Part shown: one piece after another, positions 1-12,065 of the stretch | How the letters are laid out: each line of letters starts with the position of its first letter | Position numbering within the stretch: the first letter of the stretch is position 1 | Assembly: GCF_000143415.4 (NCBI RefSeq) | Contig: NW_003314353.1 | Location: 50,075-114,074, forward strand | Direction of reading: 5' to 3' | DNA from: Selaginella moellendorffii | Taxonomy: Eukaryota > Plantae > Lycopodiophyta | Length of the DNA stretch: 64,000 nucleotides | The notes under the pieces: generated by a model | Databases searched by the model: none | What the model was told of the DNA's origin: nothing | Seen by the model: the letters and a program-made list of their open reading frames with translations, nothing else | Position numbers and translations under genes: made by a program

Positions 1-2794
1 GGCCAAGGATCCATAGCAACTGAGACTGGGTGTCCCCATCTCATTCACCACGTCCTTGGTGCCTTTTGCACCAAAGTGTTCAAGTTAGATATGCCGAACT
101 TTCACTCTAAGCAATCTAACCGTGCATCATGACTCCGAGGCATCCCTCACTTGGCGGTGTGCCCAAATCAATCTCCCCACTGAGAGTCCATGACCACCGA
201 AATATGAGTGTCCTCATATTCCAAACCATCACCACGCCCTAGTGAGTTGGGACTCGAACCCAAGCACTAGAGGGTCGGGACTCGAACCCAACCTCCGTAT
301 ATGCATCTACAGACGGCATCACATAGGATGCCTGGCGTGACTCCCCACGCCGGTGCACCAACTTATATTTAAAGCGCGCTATAGATCACAGCTTAGGAAC
401 CTAGTTCCTCCGCACTGCCAAGTCCTCTCACTTGACATGTCTATGATCACGCATGGACTCCTCCATGCTCAGCCCCCTAGGCCAACCCTTTGAAGTTGGC
501 TCCTTCCACTAGGGTATTCGTTCCCCCCGACTTGCCAATCTCACTTAGCAAGTCATTCGGCCACCGTAACATGGTTCATGCATAAGCGTGAAAGTCCTTA
601 ACCATCGACTTTCGTTCAAAGCCTTCTCTTTGAACACTCGGGAACTACTTCCCCAATCTTGATAGCCTCACCTCATGGCAAGCTTCAAGACGACGCTCCT
701 GCTGCGCCACTCTGATTTCGCGCATTCTATGAACCATTTACACTTGGCTGACTAGGTACTTATCTACCTAGGGGAACGTTCAAGGAACTCTGTTCCTTGG
801 CTTACTAAGCCCTCTCCTTTCGCAAGCTTTTCAATTACCATATAGTCTAACATGGACAATCCCATGCTTTAGACTCTCCATGGCATCCCAGTCGCTAGTA
901 ACAACATGCTTGAGCACCCACTTGATTCTCCACTCCCAACTTGCATAACCACCTGTCAATTCCTATGGTTCAGTTCTATCCCTTTACTACTTGCCTTTTG
1001 GCCTCATATGTTTTCTTCGGTCATTCTCCTCCAGACTAAGAAGATAGCTTTGCACTTTCTACCATGCTTTGGCAAGTATTCATAGGGATGAACTTACCCG
1101 ACAACCTAGGAGTGGTTCCTCAATCCGGGTTTGCTCACCTTGTAATCCCATACCCTAGGATTACCATTGCTACTTATGGGCCTTTATATGCCCATCCCTA
1201 GCCTTGCCAAAATCCCCTTTGGGCTTTGTCCAATTGCGGTAGACGGACTTCTCTCGTCTCCGCAACCTTGGACATTTGGATAGCACTTCCTATCCATCAT
1301 TTGCTAGGGACTTTATCCCTTGGGCATTATCCATTGCCCTCACGACACCAAACACCACCTTCTGGTGTTCTAGAGTGTTTGGGTGTTCTAATGATGGTTT
1401 CTCTGACAATGAGCATTCCCTTTTCAACATTGACTTACTATATCGCAACATAAACAATTTATCCCCCATAAGGGTATATCCAACTTCTTTATCCCCATAA
1501 GAAGTCTTAGGTAGTTGCCTTCTACCAGTTTAACGAATTATTTTGCACCTTTTACTTAGTTGTCTCATAGTTGTCAAGTCCTACAACTCATTGCTAGTGC
1601 TTCCACACCTCCATCATTATCTAGGTCATCACACTCTAACCACATGCCTTTCAGCTTAGGCTATGCCATTCCTATTTCCATTGGGATTCCTTTGGAAGGG
1701 GTTCTCATAAACCTGCCAACTTGACCTCAAGGCAGCACGCCTTGGCATATTCAGTGTTTCCACACTATTGGCTCCAGGATCCTACCTTTATGACACTTCT
1801 TACTTGTGTCTAGGTCTTTTGCCAAGACCAATATGGTTGTCTCTGATGCCAATTATCCACTAGCACTGCACTATAGAGTTCACGCACAACTTTGTGTCAA
1901 AGTTGTTTTCTTCCGGGAAACTCTTTCCCACAACTTTAGCATGGCACCTTCTGCTATCAATGAGATACACATTGTTCTCATGCTTGGATCTCAAGATCCT
2001 CCCCATCTTTCATGGGGCACCACACACCTCAGTCCAAATGCTTCCATCAATCCCTTAGGATTATTCTTTGACTCTATTAGAGTTATCAAACTTTTTGGAC
2101 TTTGCTAATCCAACGACCCATGAGGTTCTACTTTTGAGGTGCTAGCTCACTTGAATACAATTCCTTGTATTCATGTCCTACTCACAAGGACCATCTTTGC
2201 AAGTGTTACTCCGACACTTGATTTGTTCTCTAGGGGCAACCTCTCACCCCTTATGACCACTTGTCCATGTGATGAAAATACCAACTCATCCTCTAAATAC
2301 ACCCCTAACTCCTTGGGTTGTTCCAGCATTTATTAGAGGTAGCCCCGGCTACCATTTCAAGGACTTGTGTCCTCTTCCGTATTTGACCTCCCACGGTCAT
2401 CAATTCCAATCCCAAATTTATGAGCACTTGCCTCAACTATGTGAGGATAATCTTATGACTCCTTTATTGTTTTGGAGTCTCTATCTTTCTTGTGATCCCA
2501 ACTATAGTTATTTACCACAACTACCTTAGTCAATTTGATAAATCAAATGCTCATCCGGATCACATCCTCAACTCAATGAGGAAAACATTGCACTGTTCCC
2601 AAGATCCCAAAGTCGTTCCATTATTGGCCTTTTTCTATCCACCACCTCGTTTACAAATTCACACGTGAACTGTAATGGAGAGCCATGTCTTCCCGACTTG
2701 CTACTCCGCAAGGATAGGCCCACTCCTCAGACCTTTCGATGCCAACACAAGTGATGATATACTTGAGCACCAATAAAAGTCGGACTAAGGAACA
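1..2794 (-). mobile_element. Degenerate internal region of an LTR retrotransposon (probably Ty3/Gypsy), continuing beyond the window start
   Basis: Lies directly downstream of an LTR end and PBS on the minus strand. No long ORF. The minus strand near 560-620 reads MVKDFHAYA*T then, after a frameshift, CYG, resembling the integrase zinc-finger region. Confidence 0.55.
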
Positions 2795-2806
2795 GTTCCG
2801 ATACCA
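2795..2806 (-). promoter_or_regulatory. Primer binding site (tRNA-iMet-like)
   Basis: Minus strand TGGTATCGGAAC starts 3 nt after the LTR end ...CTTACA; canonical PBS is TGGTATCAGAGC. Confidence 0.75.
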
Positions 2807-2809
2807 AGT

Positions 2810-5076
2810 TGTAAGTGACTAATTTTTCCATTCTACTTTAGTCACTTAACCACACCTCCGACCACTTGGAGGAGTCTCACTCACAACCTCCATAGGTCCT
2901 ATTTTGGACTTAGGGACTTGCTAACCCCCAAGAATGGCATTCATGCCACTTAACCATTGCACTTGGTCCAAGTGCTCCACGTGTCCGATCCCATGATCAA
3001 CACCCCAAAGTACCACCACATATCAGTTTGTTACGCTAAGGCCATGCCCATTCACCTTGGTCACATTGGTGGTTTGACACCACCTACATTACAGTCCCGT
3101 CTCTCAAAGACTGGGCCATCCATCCATGAGTGATCATCCCAGATCCACTCCTTAGCATCCTTAGGATGCCTACAAACCTGGGGAATAGCCTTCCCCCATA
3201 TCCCTTTTCCGGTCCCCACCAAGTCCCTTTCTGCCCTTGGCCGTGTTCGCCAACACTGCCACTAGATCAAGGCCCATAGGCTTGACCACTAAGTCCCATG
3301 GTCCTTTGGGACTTCCTCACTACCCGACTGCATCCTTGGTCACTACACTAGAGGACTACTCCTCTTCATTTCCACAGTCTGGGACTTCGGGGCAACATTT
3401 CGGAACACCGTGGCCTTACGCAAGCCTCGTGGGTAATCTCCCCACCTTCCGCCTTTAGGTGCTCTAGCCATGGGCTTAGAGCGAGGTTCCGTTGAGCCAC
3501 ACCAGGTATCCAAGTAGGTAGTGCCACTCACACTTGGACTGGGAGCATCGGCCAGTCGATCTCCCGGGGGAACTAGAGCCGGCTCTTGAACACTTCACCA
3601 AGCTACCCCGCTTATCGGTCCATATTCACTGTAGTCTTGGACTTCCCGGTGGTCAGTTCATCACCCAACACTGGGTCTGGCCTTCCTGGGCCAAACTGGC
3701 CTTTCCTGACTAAACTGGCTCCACTGTAGTCCTCCCCCTTATTATACTTTTGGAGCTCACCAAACCCCCCAGGGTCTAGGAGACAAATGCTTTGGGCTTT
3801 CACCCTCTCAGACTCGAAGTCGGACTCGGACTCGGACTCGGACTCGGACTCGGACTCGGCCTCGGTCTCGGTCCCGATCTCAGTCTCGGTCTCGGTCCCG
3901 GTCTCGGTCTCGGTCTCGACCTTGGACTCCATCTCGGGTCCTTCTCGGACTCCATCTCGGATTCCATCTCGGGTCCATCTCGGACTCCGTCTCAGTCCAC
4001 CTCGGACTCTATCTCGGACTCCATCTTGGTCCATCTCGGACTCCATCTCGGACTCCGTCTCGGTCCATATCGGACTCCGTCTCAAACTCCATCTCGGACT
4101 CTGTCTCGGTCCAGCTCGGACTCCATCTCGGACTCCATCTCAGACTCCGTCTCGGTCCACCTCGGACTCCATCTCGGACTCCATCTCAGACTCCATATCG
4201 GACTCCGTCTTGGTCCATCTCGGAGTCCATCTCGGACACTTCCATGTGTCATGTGTTAGTCCTTTTTGGGTCCCTTTTTGGAGCCTTGCTTATTGGTTGC
4301 CTCGTGCTCGCTCCTCGAGCACTTTGTTGGGAGTTCCACTCCCACTCTCGACCTTCGAAGTCGGAGCTTTTAGTCCAAACGTGTTACGCTTGTTTGGCTT
4401 TCGCTTCGGCCACTACCACGTGGCGCCCTTCCGGCTCCACTTTGGGGCCTAGGGATTTTGTGTCTCACATAAGGCCACAGTGTTCCGAAATGTTGCCCCA
4501 AAGTCCCAAACTGTGGAAAGGAAGAGGAGCCATCCTATAGTGTAGAGATCAAGGATACAGTCATGTGAGGAGGAAGTCCCAGAGGACTGTGGTATTTAGT
4601 GGTCGGGCCTGTGAGCCTTGATCCAGTGGCAGTGTTGGCGAACACAGCCAAGGACAGAAAGGGACTTAGTGGGGACCAGAAAGGGGATATTGGGGAAGGT
4701 TATTCCCCATGTCCATGGGCATCCTAAGGATGTAAAAGAGTGGATATAAGGTGATCACTCATGGATGGATGGCCCAGTCTTTGAGAGACGGGACTGTGAT
4801 GTAGGTGGTTTTAGACCACCGATGTGACCAAGGTGAATGGGCATGGCCTTAGCGTAACGGGCTAATATGTTGGTGGTACCTTGGGGTGTTAATCATGGGA
4901 TCAGACACGTGGAGCACTTGGACCAAGTGCAAAGGTTGAGTGGCGGAGATGCCATTCTTGGGGCTAGCAAGCCTAAGTTCAAAACAGGACTTATGGAGGT
5001 TGTGAGTGAGACTCCTCCAAGTGGTCGAAGGTGTGGTTAAGTGACTAAAGTAAAATAGAAAAATTAGTCACTTACA
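2810..5076 (-). mobile_element. 5' LTR (2267 bp) with ~600-bp terminal inverted arms
   Basis: TGTAAG...CTTACA termini; 2810-3418 is the reverse complement (with scattered mismatches) of 4470-5076; PBS abuts the left end. Confidence 0.75.
3810..4240. repeat. Tandem repeat of (TCGGAC)n hexamers and GGACTCCATCTC-type units in the LTR centre
   Basis: Directly visible; explains the SD/ES/GL low-complexity ORFs at 3612-4452. Confidence 0.9.
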
Positions 5077-5283
5077 CGGAAGAGCAATTTTTACAAAATT
5101 GCAGACAAATTTGTAATAATATTTCGCCAAACCGAGAAAGGAATAAACATTTGATATAGTGGTTAGGACTTCTCAAGACTTCACTAGTTCTACTTTCTTT
5201 GAATTTACCTCAATTATGCCACCACCAACTATATGTTCAAGAAACTTTATGCGCAATTGTCCAAAAGCACATTTACTTTCCTA

Positions 5284-5499
5284 CAGAGATGTCAATGTCC
5301 TTAAATAAACAAACCCGTGTCATTTACTCTGATACCAACTATAGCACACTTTATCTCTCCCTTTAAACTAACTGGAAAAATGGTAATTGCTTAATGAGAG
5401 AGCTTTTAATGACTATTTTATCCTTATTTATCCCCTAAAGTTCCAAGGATCCATGGTAACAGTATATTCAAATTTCATCCCATGATCATATGCGCTATA
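5284..5499 (-). mobile_element. Decayed, internally deleted TRIM copy (LTR 5340-5499 plus PBS)
   Basis: Matches the 162-bp LTR at 36984-37145 with transition changes. PBS complement CTCTGATACCA at ~5327-5337; CAGAGATGTCAATG matches the start of the TRIM internal region at 36664. Confidence 0.8.
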
Positions 5500-5510
5500 A
5501 AACACCAATT

Positions 5511-6651
5511 TCACTTTCCACAGCTGCTATAGAAATCAACCAACAAAGAGATCATAGCTCCCTGGAACTGGAACCCCAAGCTCGTGATCTCTTCATCAAG
5601 TATCCGGCCAAGCCTCAAGGCTACCGAGCTTCCGCCAGCTTTGAGAGCCCAAACGAGTGTCCACACGTCTGGAGAACACCCCTCAAGTTGCATTAGCAAG
5701 AACAAATGTAAAGCAGTTTCGGCCTGGCTGTTTTCAACATACCCGAGCACCAATGCCGTCCAGCAGACTTGATTTGGTTGGAAAATGGTGCTAAACACTC
5801 CAAGAGCATCGCCCAACAAGCCGCGTACATTTGAATCAAGAAGCTGTGAAGAAAGATATCCAAGAGATGCATATGGTTAGTAACTTGCAAGGGTTGTGCA
5901 TGAAAAGCCATATCTCTTTCCAGAGACTTCAGCTTGAGTATCCTTCCATGGATTGTATCTTCTCCTCATTCCGTCTTTGCTAGAGAAGTGATGGCCTGGA
6001 ACACCGCAACAAAGGTTCTGGCATTTGCTCCACTGCTTTCTCGTTGAAGCACCACCTCGCTCTGCCCATTCTCTACAAATCCCTGCATCAAAGATGTCCA
6101 TAGAACTACGTCATGCTTTGGAGCTCCATGAAAAACCTTCCACGCATCCACCACGCTTCCACACCGAGCATACATTCCACCAGGCTGCTAGCTACCAAAA
6201 CGTTTGTGTCGATTCCCCTTGCAGCGGCCAGGGAGTGAAGAGCCATTCCTCTCTCGACAGAAGAAAACTTCACGACGAGCTCTAGATCTTGAAAAACCTT
6301 CCCATGTTCCTTCCCTGCGAGGCTCGCGCAGGCCTTGAGCAATCCAATAAACGTGACAGAACTCCCTTGCAAGCCCCGCGATTCCATGTCCAGGAAGAGC
6401 TGGAGCGCAACCCCGCCATGCCCATTCTCGGCATAGCCCAGAATGAGAGAATTCCACGCGACGGGGTCGGGGCAATCCATCCGGTCGAAAGCCCTGCGCA
6501 CCTCGTCCATGCTGCCGCACTTGCCATAGAGATTCACCAGGTTGCTCGTCACGAACGCATTGGAATCGAGGCCGCAGCGCTCCGCCTCGGCGTGGATTTT
6601 CTTACCCCGGGATCGAGAGCATTCCTTGAGCGACGCAAGGAATCTCCTCAC
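5511..6651 (-). pseudogene. PLS-class pentatricopeptide repeat pseudogene
   Basis: PPR motifs (LVNLYGKCGSMDEVRRAFDRM, VAWNSLILGYAENGHG, MYARCGSVVDAWKVF, WTALVLGYVENSQ) spread over several frames; cut off at the TRIM. Confidence 0.85.
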
Positions 6652-6861
6652 CTCGCAATCGCTGGAGCGGGCGAGGCCAAGCTTGGAACGGAAAGCTCGA
6701 GGTCGCGAAGAGGAAGAACGAAGGTTTCATTTGATTCTTTGTTTCAAAGGGTCAAGATAGTCTTATAAACGGTCAAGGTTGTCCGTACTAAAATAACTAT
6801 TTAATTACATTTTTTATTGCCATATAAAAAGGCCTTTTAAGATTCACACAATCAGGGTTCA

Positions 6862-7554
6862 ATGGCGGCGGAGATCGAGAGTGTGGACAAGAAGGCTAAC
6901 GCTGTGGCAGCGATGACTGTGATCAAAAAGGGAAGGAAGAGGCAGCGAGACAAAGAGGGACAAACTCATACAAAGGCTAGTGCTCCAAAGAGAAGGCATG
7001 AGCTCGAGGAGGAACCCCCTATGGTCCCAAAGAAAAATTTGAGCAGCAAGGTAGTATACAAGATTGATGGGTTAGTTATCACTTCCCACAGCGATTTTCA
7101 TGACTTTTGGCCGCGATCAGCATCCAAGCTACCGGCACCGGACTACCTCCACTGCGCTGGAGCTCAAGAGCTTCACAGCCTCCTCACCCAAGAGCTCTGC
7201 AGGAGAGACCGTGATGATTGCGGCCCGAGGAACGCCCAGCTCTTGGTGGTGATTGGCGGGACGAGATGCCACATGATGAGGCGACTCGAGGACTTGTGCC
7301 ACTCGACTAGATGCGCTGGAGACAAGATCTGGTATGGAGTCCAGATTAAAGAGGGTGGAAGCTTGTGCACGCTGTTCAAGTATATGTTTGATGGGAGGAG
7401 CACGAGCATGAGCCGGGACATGTCCAAGGAAATCCATGCCAAGGATTGCACAAACAAGACAAACAGCATGATTCAAGAGATTCTCTCCCATGTCTCTGGG
7501 AACAAGAGCAACAGTTACTTCTCTCCAATCCGTGTGGAGAGCGTGCACCATTGA
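6862..7554 (+). CDS. Uncharacterised 230-aa ORF with basic N-terminus
   Basis: ATG-started ORF with upstream TATAAA (~6824) and NLS-like KKGRKRQR; a disrupted paralogue lies at 11086-11606. Confidence 0.4.
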   Translation: MAAEIESVDKKANAVAAMTVIKKGRKRQRDKEGQTHTKASAPKRRHELEEEPPMVPKKNLSSKVVYKIDGLVITSHSDFHDFWPRSASKLPAPDYLHCAGAQELHSLLTQELCRRDRDDCGPRNAQLLVVIGGTRCHMMRRLEDLCHSTRCAGDKIWYGVQIKEGGSLCTLFKYMFDGRSTSMSRDMSKEIHAKDCTNKTNSMIQEILSHVSGNKSNSYFSPIRVESVHH

Positions 7555-7781
7555 AATCACCAATGTGATTAAAAGCTTTCACTGTAAGAGAGTACATCAA
7601 AATGGAGAACAATTAAAAGTAGCGTGTTATTCCTCCCGATCGACATTGGTTTCGCTTCTTAAATTCCTGGTGCATTGCTTCACCGATATGGGCTGGCGAT
7701 TCTATAACCGTGACTTCCACAAATTTCAGTCTCTTGATTTTGTCCGGGGCCGTGCCGACTGAAATATTTAGTGGGCCTAAT

Positions 7782-7830
7782 GGGCATTTGGTCTAGTGGC
7801 ATGGTTCTCGCTTTGCAAGAGGTCCCGAGT
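7782..7830 (+). pseudogene. tRNA-Pro pseudogene (truncated)
   Basis: GGGCATTTGGTCTAGTGGCATGGTTCTCGCTTTG..AGAGGTCCCGAGT matches plant tRNA-Pro, with an anticodon-arm deletion and no 3' end. Confidence 0.8.
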
Positions 7831-7839
7831 GTATTTTCA

Positions 7840-8760
7840 ACAAATGAGAAATTGCTCCGCGCTCGTCTCTCCATCTTTCTTCGGCATGGAAGCTTCGAAG
7901 AAGCCTTTTGCCTCGTGCAAGAGCATCACTCGCGCGACCTGGAATCGAATCAGGGACGTGCTAAACAAGCTCTTTTCTTTCGCCATTTGCCCGTTTATGG
8001 CATACCCGTGAATTGTGACGCTTCGAGTGATGGTCTTATCGAACAGCTCTTGAACATATGTTGCCATGAGGGTGCTCCTTGTCGGCATCTTGTAGCGGCA
8101 TAGAATAAAAAATTTGTTTAGCCATTTTCAGATGCCCGGCCTTGGGTTCCACATCACTATATCCTTGCTGCTGGCTTTGTTGGGTTAAGCTCCTTGAAGC
8201 GCTATATGCTTCAATCATCACTTTCCAGGAGATGTCATCATGTCGCGGTGCGGCAAATCCATCAAAGACTTGTTGGGCTTGATCTGTTCTGCATAAGATT
8301 TGAGCATTGTGGTGGGGGAGACAAGATTAACTTCAGTCATGCGATGGAAGATTTGGTCTGTGCTGTGAGAATCCCCAGATCGGGCGTATGTTGACAGGAG
8401 ACAATATCAGAGTTCGTCCATATTGTCACTGTGTGTATAGGCAGCGAGCATTGCGTTCCAGGTGATGAGATCACGTTCCTCCATTGAATGAAAACCTAGC
8501 TTGGCTTTCTCCAAATGCCCAGAACAAGCAAGTGCAGTAAGAATTGTGGTAGAAGAAATGAGTTTTCATTCTGGGATTGATTCATAAAGTGACTGTGCCT
8601 TGAGAAGAGCGTTGTTTGTGATATAACCAGCTATCATTGCATAAGTTGTTTTGATGGATATTGAACAAGAGCTGTTCTGCTTCATGGAGATGACCATTTG
8701 TGGCAAATGCTTACAATATCATCACCCAGGAGAAGCAGTCCTTGGTGACAATTCTGCAAA
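7840..8760 (-). pseudogene. Decayed PPR gene relic
   Basis: Minus strand FHSMEERDLITWNAMLAAY and AGHLKMAKQIFYSMP motifs, with stops and frameshifts. Confidence 0.7.
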
Positions 8761-10170
8761 AAATTTGGTAAGAATGAATCTGGTTAGATCATTATAAATA
8801 ACACCAACCAAAAGAAATTTTGCTTCCTTTAAGTCAAATGTGGTTCACATTCAGTTGCAATTCTTTTATGATTGATTTTGATAGTTAAGTGAAAGATGGT
8901 TGTTTTATATTAGAAAAAACTATATTAATAAAATTATTTTCCAGAGTCTTTTCAGATTTTTTAGGTTTACAGTTTTTATAAAACAATTTGAACAAAAAAT
9001 TATATCAAATTTTAATTTTTAAAATGATAAATTAAAATAAGTGTTCAAAATTTTTTTTAGGAAAAACATTATGATACATATGCATAATTGAACTGAAAAA
9101 ATGATTTTACTCTTTAATTTTTTAAGTAATTTTTTATCCAATTGGATAATTTTACATTTTAATCCTTTACAATATCAAATAAAATAATAATTCATTTATT
9201 TAATTATTATTTAGTTGTAGTTTAGAGTTTGTATAACATGAATATATAACTTTGGAAGCATTTAAAGTCCAAGTGCTAATTTAGAAATAAAAAAATTATT
9301 TTAAAATTGTTCTTTTTTTAATATATTGCAACAATTTTACTTTATAATCTCCAAATGTAAATAAACTTTAATTTTTATTTAATGTTTTTATAGTATTTTT
9401 ATAATATAAATATATAATTTTGTAAACCCAAACACTAATTTAGAAGGAAAAACATGGTTTTAAACTTACAATTGTAAAATGTTTTAACTATATTTTTTTT
9501 CATAAATTTTTTGCATTTGAAGTTTCTAATTAAACTAACATTTTTTGTAAATTGAATTTATAGGTAAGAAATGTCAATTTAACCATTTTATTTATTTTAG
9601 TTGATCAAAATAAATAATAAACCTTAAGACATTATAATACAATTTGGCCAAGCATGAAAAGTATCCATGGATAATGCAGGCAGTGATTGTTCCTAATCCT
9701 CTCTTTTTTCTTTCACATGTGATCCATTCCAGTTCGCATTTCTATTTTTGTAATGATCCTAAATAAGGGAGAGGTATGTGCGATCAGTGCATGCACATCC
9801 ATGACCGGATCAAATAGATCGTCTCATCAACATGTATGGTTGGTCCCAGGCCTCCTCCTGCAGCTCTTGGTTTGACATCCTTTGCAGGAAAAGATATGGA
9901 CGCGATTGCCATTGATTTTGATGGACACAAGAAGGGAATCAGTCGAATCGTGCAGACCATGAGCCGTGACCATGTTTTGGCGATATTCCAGGAAATACAG
10001 ATTGAGCAATGACTACTGCAGGCAATCCCAGCATGCCATCTGAGAAATGCAGCTCCAGGGATCGCTTTAGAGACTTCTTGATTCAATGTAGCTTGCGGAC
10101 GTCCATATATCAACCTTCCATATCATTGAGATCAACGTGAAGCCCGTGTAACGAGCTATGGAGAAATCTT

Positions 10171-10879
10171 TCACAGGAGAGAGAGGATGTTGTCACAAGC
10201 AATCTTCTCCACTCTCTCATCCTTCCACTTGGAGCAAGCACCCAGCAAACTCGTCCAAGTGACCATTGTGGCTTCAAACGGCATAGCTTCCACCATCTCC
10301 ACAGCTTCCTCGAGCTGCTGTGCCTGCATGCCGATCATTCTGTGGTAGTGCTCAATGCCCGGATCTAATCCACACCTAGACGTCATCTCCTGGAAAAACT
10401 TTTTGCCTTGCTCGATCATCCCAGCCCGGCTGCAAGTCGCGATCACCAAGACATAAGTTACACCGTCCGGCTTGACACCCTCGTCACATCACTCGATCGC
10501 TGTCTCCCTGGCGGCTGTAGCCCGCGATAAGTGAGCTCCAACTCACAGCATCCTTCCTCGAGACCGAGTTGAAAACCAGCTCCGCTTCGTCCATGTTCCC
10601 ACAGCTGCTGTAGAAATCGACCAATGAAGAGATCACGGCTCCCTGGAACTGGAACCCCAAGCTCGTGATCTCTTCGTGAAGTATCCGGCCAAGCCTTAAG
10701 GCTACCGAGCTTCCACCAGCTTTGAGCTCGCAAACGAGCGTCCACACGTCTGGAGAACATCCCTCGAGCTGCATTAGCAAGAAAAAATGTAGCACTGTTT
10801 CAGCCTGGCTGTTTTCAACGTACCCGAGCATCAATGCCGTCCAGATCCCGCGATCGCGAGCAGTCCTTGAGCACCGCAA
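10171..10879 (-). pseudogene. PLS-E class PPR pseudogene (paralogue of 5511-6651)
   Basis: VSWSSLIAGYSRQG, CSRAGMIEQGKKFF, PGIEHY and E-domain EAMPFEATMVTWTSLLGAC; frameshifted; 10590-10820 closely matches 5511-5765. Confidence 0.85.
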
Positions 10880-11085
10880 GAAATCTCCTCACCTCGCAAT
10901 CGGTCAAGTTTGGAGCGGAAATATCGAGGTCGCGAAGAGGAAGAACTAAGGCTCATTTGATTCTTTATATTACTTATAAACGGTCATTAGAACATTCGCT
11001 GTCACTTACTCTTAAACAGTGTGTCTAATTACATTTTTTGTTGCCATATAAAAAGGCCTTTTAAGATTCAGACAATCAGGGTTCA

Positions 11086-11606
11086 ATGGCAGCGGCGAAC
11101 AAGAAAGCTAACGCTGTGGTAGTGATGGACGCGATCAAGAAGGGAAAGAGGAGGCAGTGAGACAAGGAGGGACAAGCTGTGCTCCAAAGAGAAGGCGCAA
11201 GCTCCAGGAAAAGCCTTTTTTAGTTCCCAAAAAAAATCTGAGTAACAAGGTAGCATACAAAATTGATGGGTGAATTATCACTTCCCATAACAATTTCCAT
11301 GACTTCTGGCCGCAATCCACGTCCAAGTTACTGGGACTGAACTACTTCCACTATGCTGGAGCTCAAGAGCTTCACAGCCTCCTCACCCAAGAGCTCTGCA
11401 GGAGAGACCGTGATGATTGCACCCCAAGGAACGCCCAGCTCTTGGTGGTGATTGGCGGGACGAGATGCCACCTGATGAGGCGACTCGAGAACTCAACTTG
11501 CACAAACAAGACAAACAACATGATTCAAGAGATCCTCTCCCATGTCTCTGGGAACAAGAGCAACAGTTACTTCTCTCCAATCCGTGTGGAGAGCGTCCAC
11601 CATTGA
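11086..11606 (+). pseudogene. Disrupted paralogue of ORF 6862-7554
   Basis: Same upstream sequence and ATG context; contains stops (e.g. CGA>TGA), indels and a ~150-bp internal deletion. Confidence 0.8.
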
Positions 11607-11888
11607 TTGTAAGAATCACTCATGTGATTAAAACCTTTCACTGTAATAGAGTACATCAAAATGGAGAACAATTAAAAGTAGTGTGCTATTTTTTTGTCTA
11701 TCCCTCTTGATCGACATTGGTTTCGCAGACTTGGCTGGCAATTGACTCCCACCCACAAGTTTCAGTCTCTTGATTTTGTCCTGGGCCGTGCTTTTACTTA
11801 AACACACAGATTATTTATGTTATTCGATATTTCAATCTTACCAGAATGCAACCGTTTAGTGGGCGTTAATGCTTCTTATTAATGTAAT

Positions 11889-11950
11889 GGGCATTTGGTC
11901 TAGTGGTATGATTCTCGCTTTGAGGTCGTGAGTTCGCGTCTCCCAATGCC
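11889..11950 (+). pseudogene. tRNA-Pro pseudogene
   Basis: GGGCATTTGGTCTAGTGGTATGATTCTCGCTTTG-AGGTCGTGAGTTCG...AATGCC; 3' strand of the anticodon stem deleted. Confidence 0.8.
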
Positions 11951-12065
11951 ATCTTCCTTTAAGTTGATCGTTGTTCCAAATCAGGTTCAGATTAAGAAAG
12001 TTCAGAAATGCGTAATTGATTATTGAATTTTACAATCAGAAAGGAAACAAACAAGAGAAAAACTG

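Noticed and set aside
249-292. Two GGGACTCGAACCCAA direct repeats resembling tRNA B-boxes
   Set aside because: No cloverleaf or A-box; lies in degenerate retroelement sequence.
3810-4240. Regularly spaced repeats as a CRISPR-like array
   Set aside because: No unique spacers; contiguous degenerate tandem units in eukaryotic DNA.
3612-4452. Long SD/ES/GL-repeat ORFs resembling Ser-Asp adhesins
   Set aside because: Translations of the hexamer minisatellite inside the LTR; open in several frames on both strands.
8760-9700. Very AT-rich stretch as a possible Helitron or MITE
   Set aside because: No termini, hairpin or TSD identified.
7782-11950. Functional tRNA-Pro genes at 7782 and 11889
   Set aside because: Anticodon arm is deleted in both; called pseudogenes.
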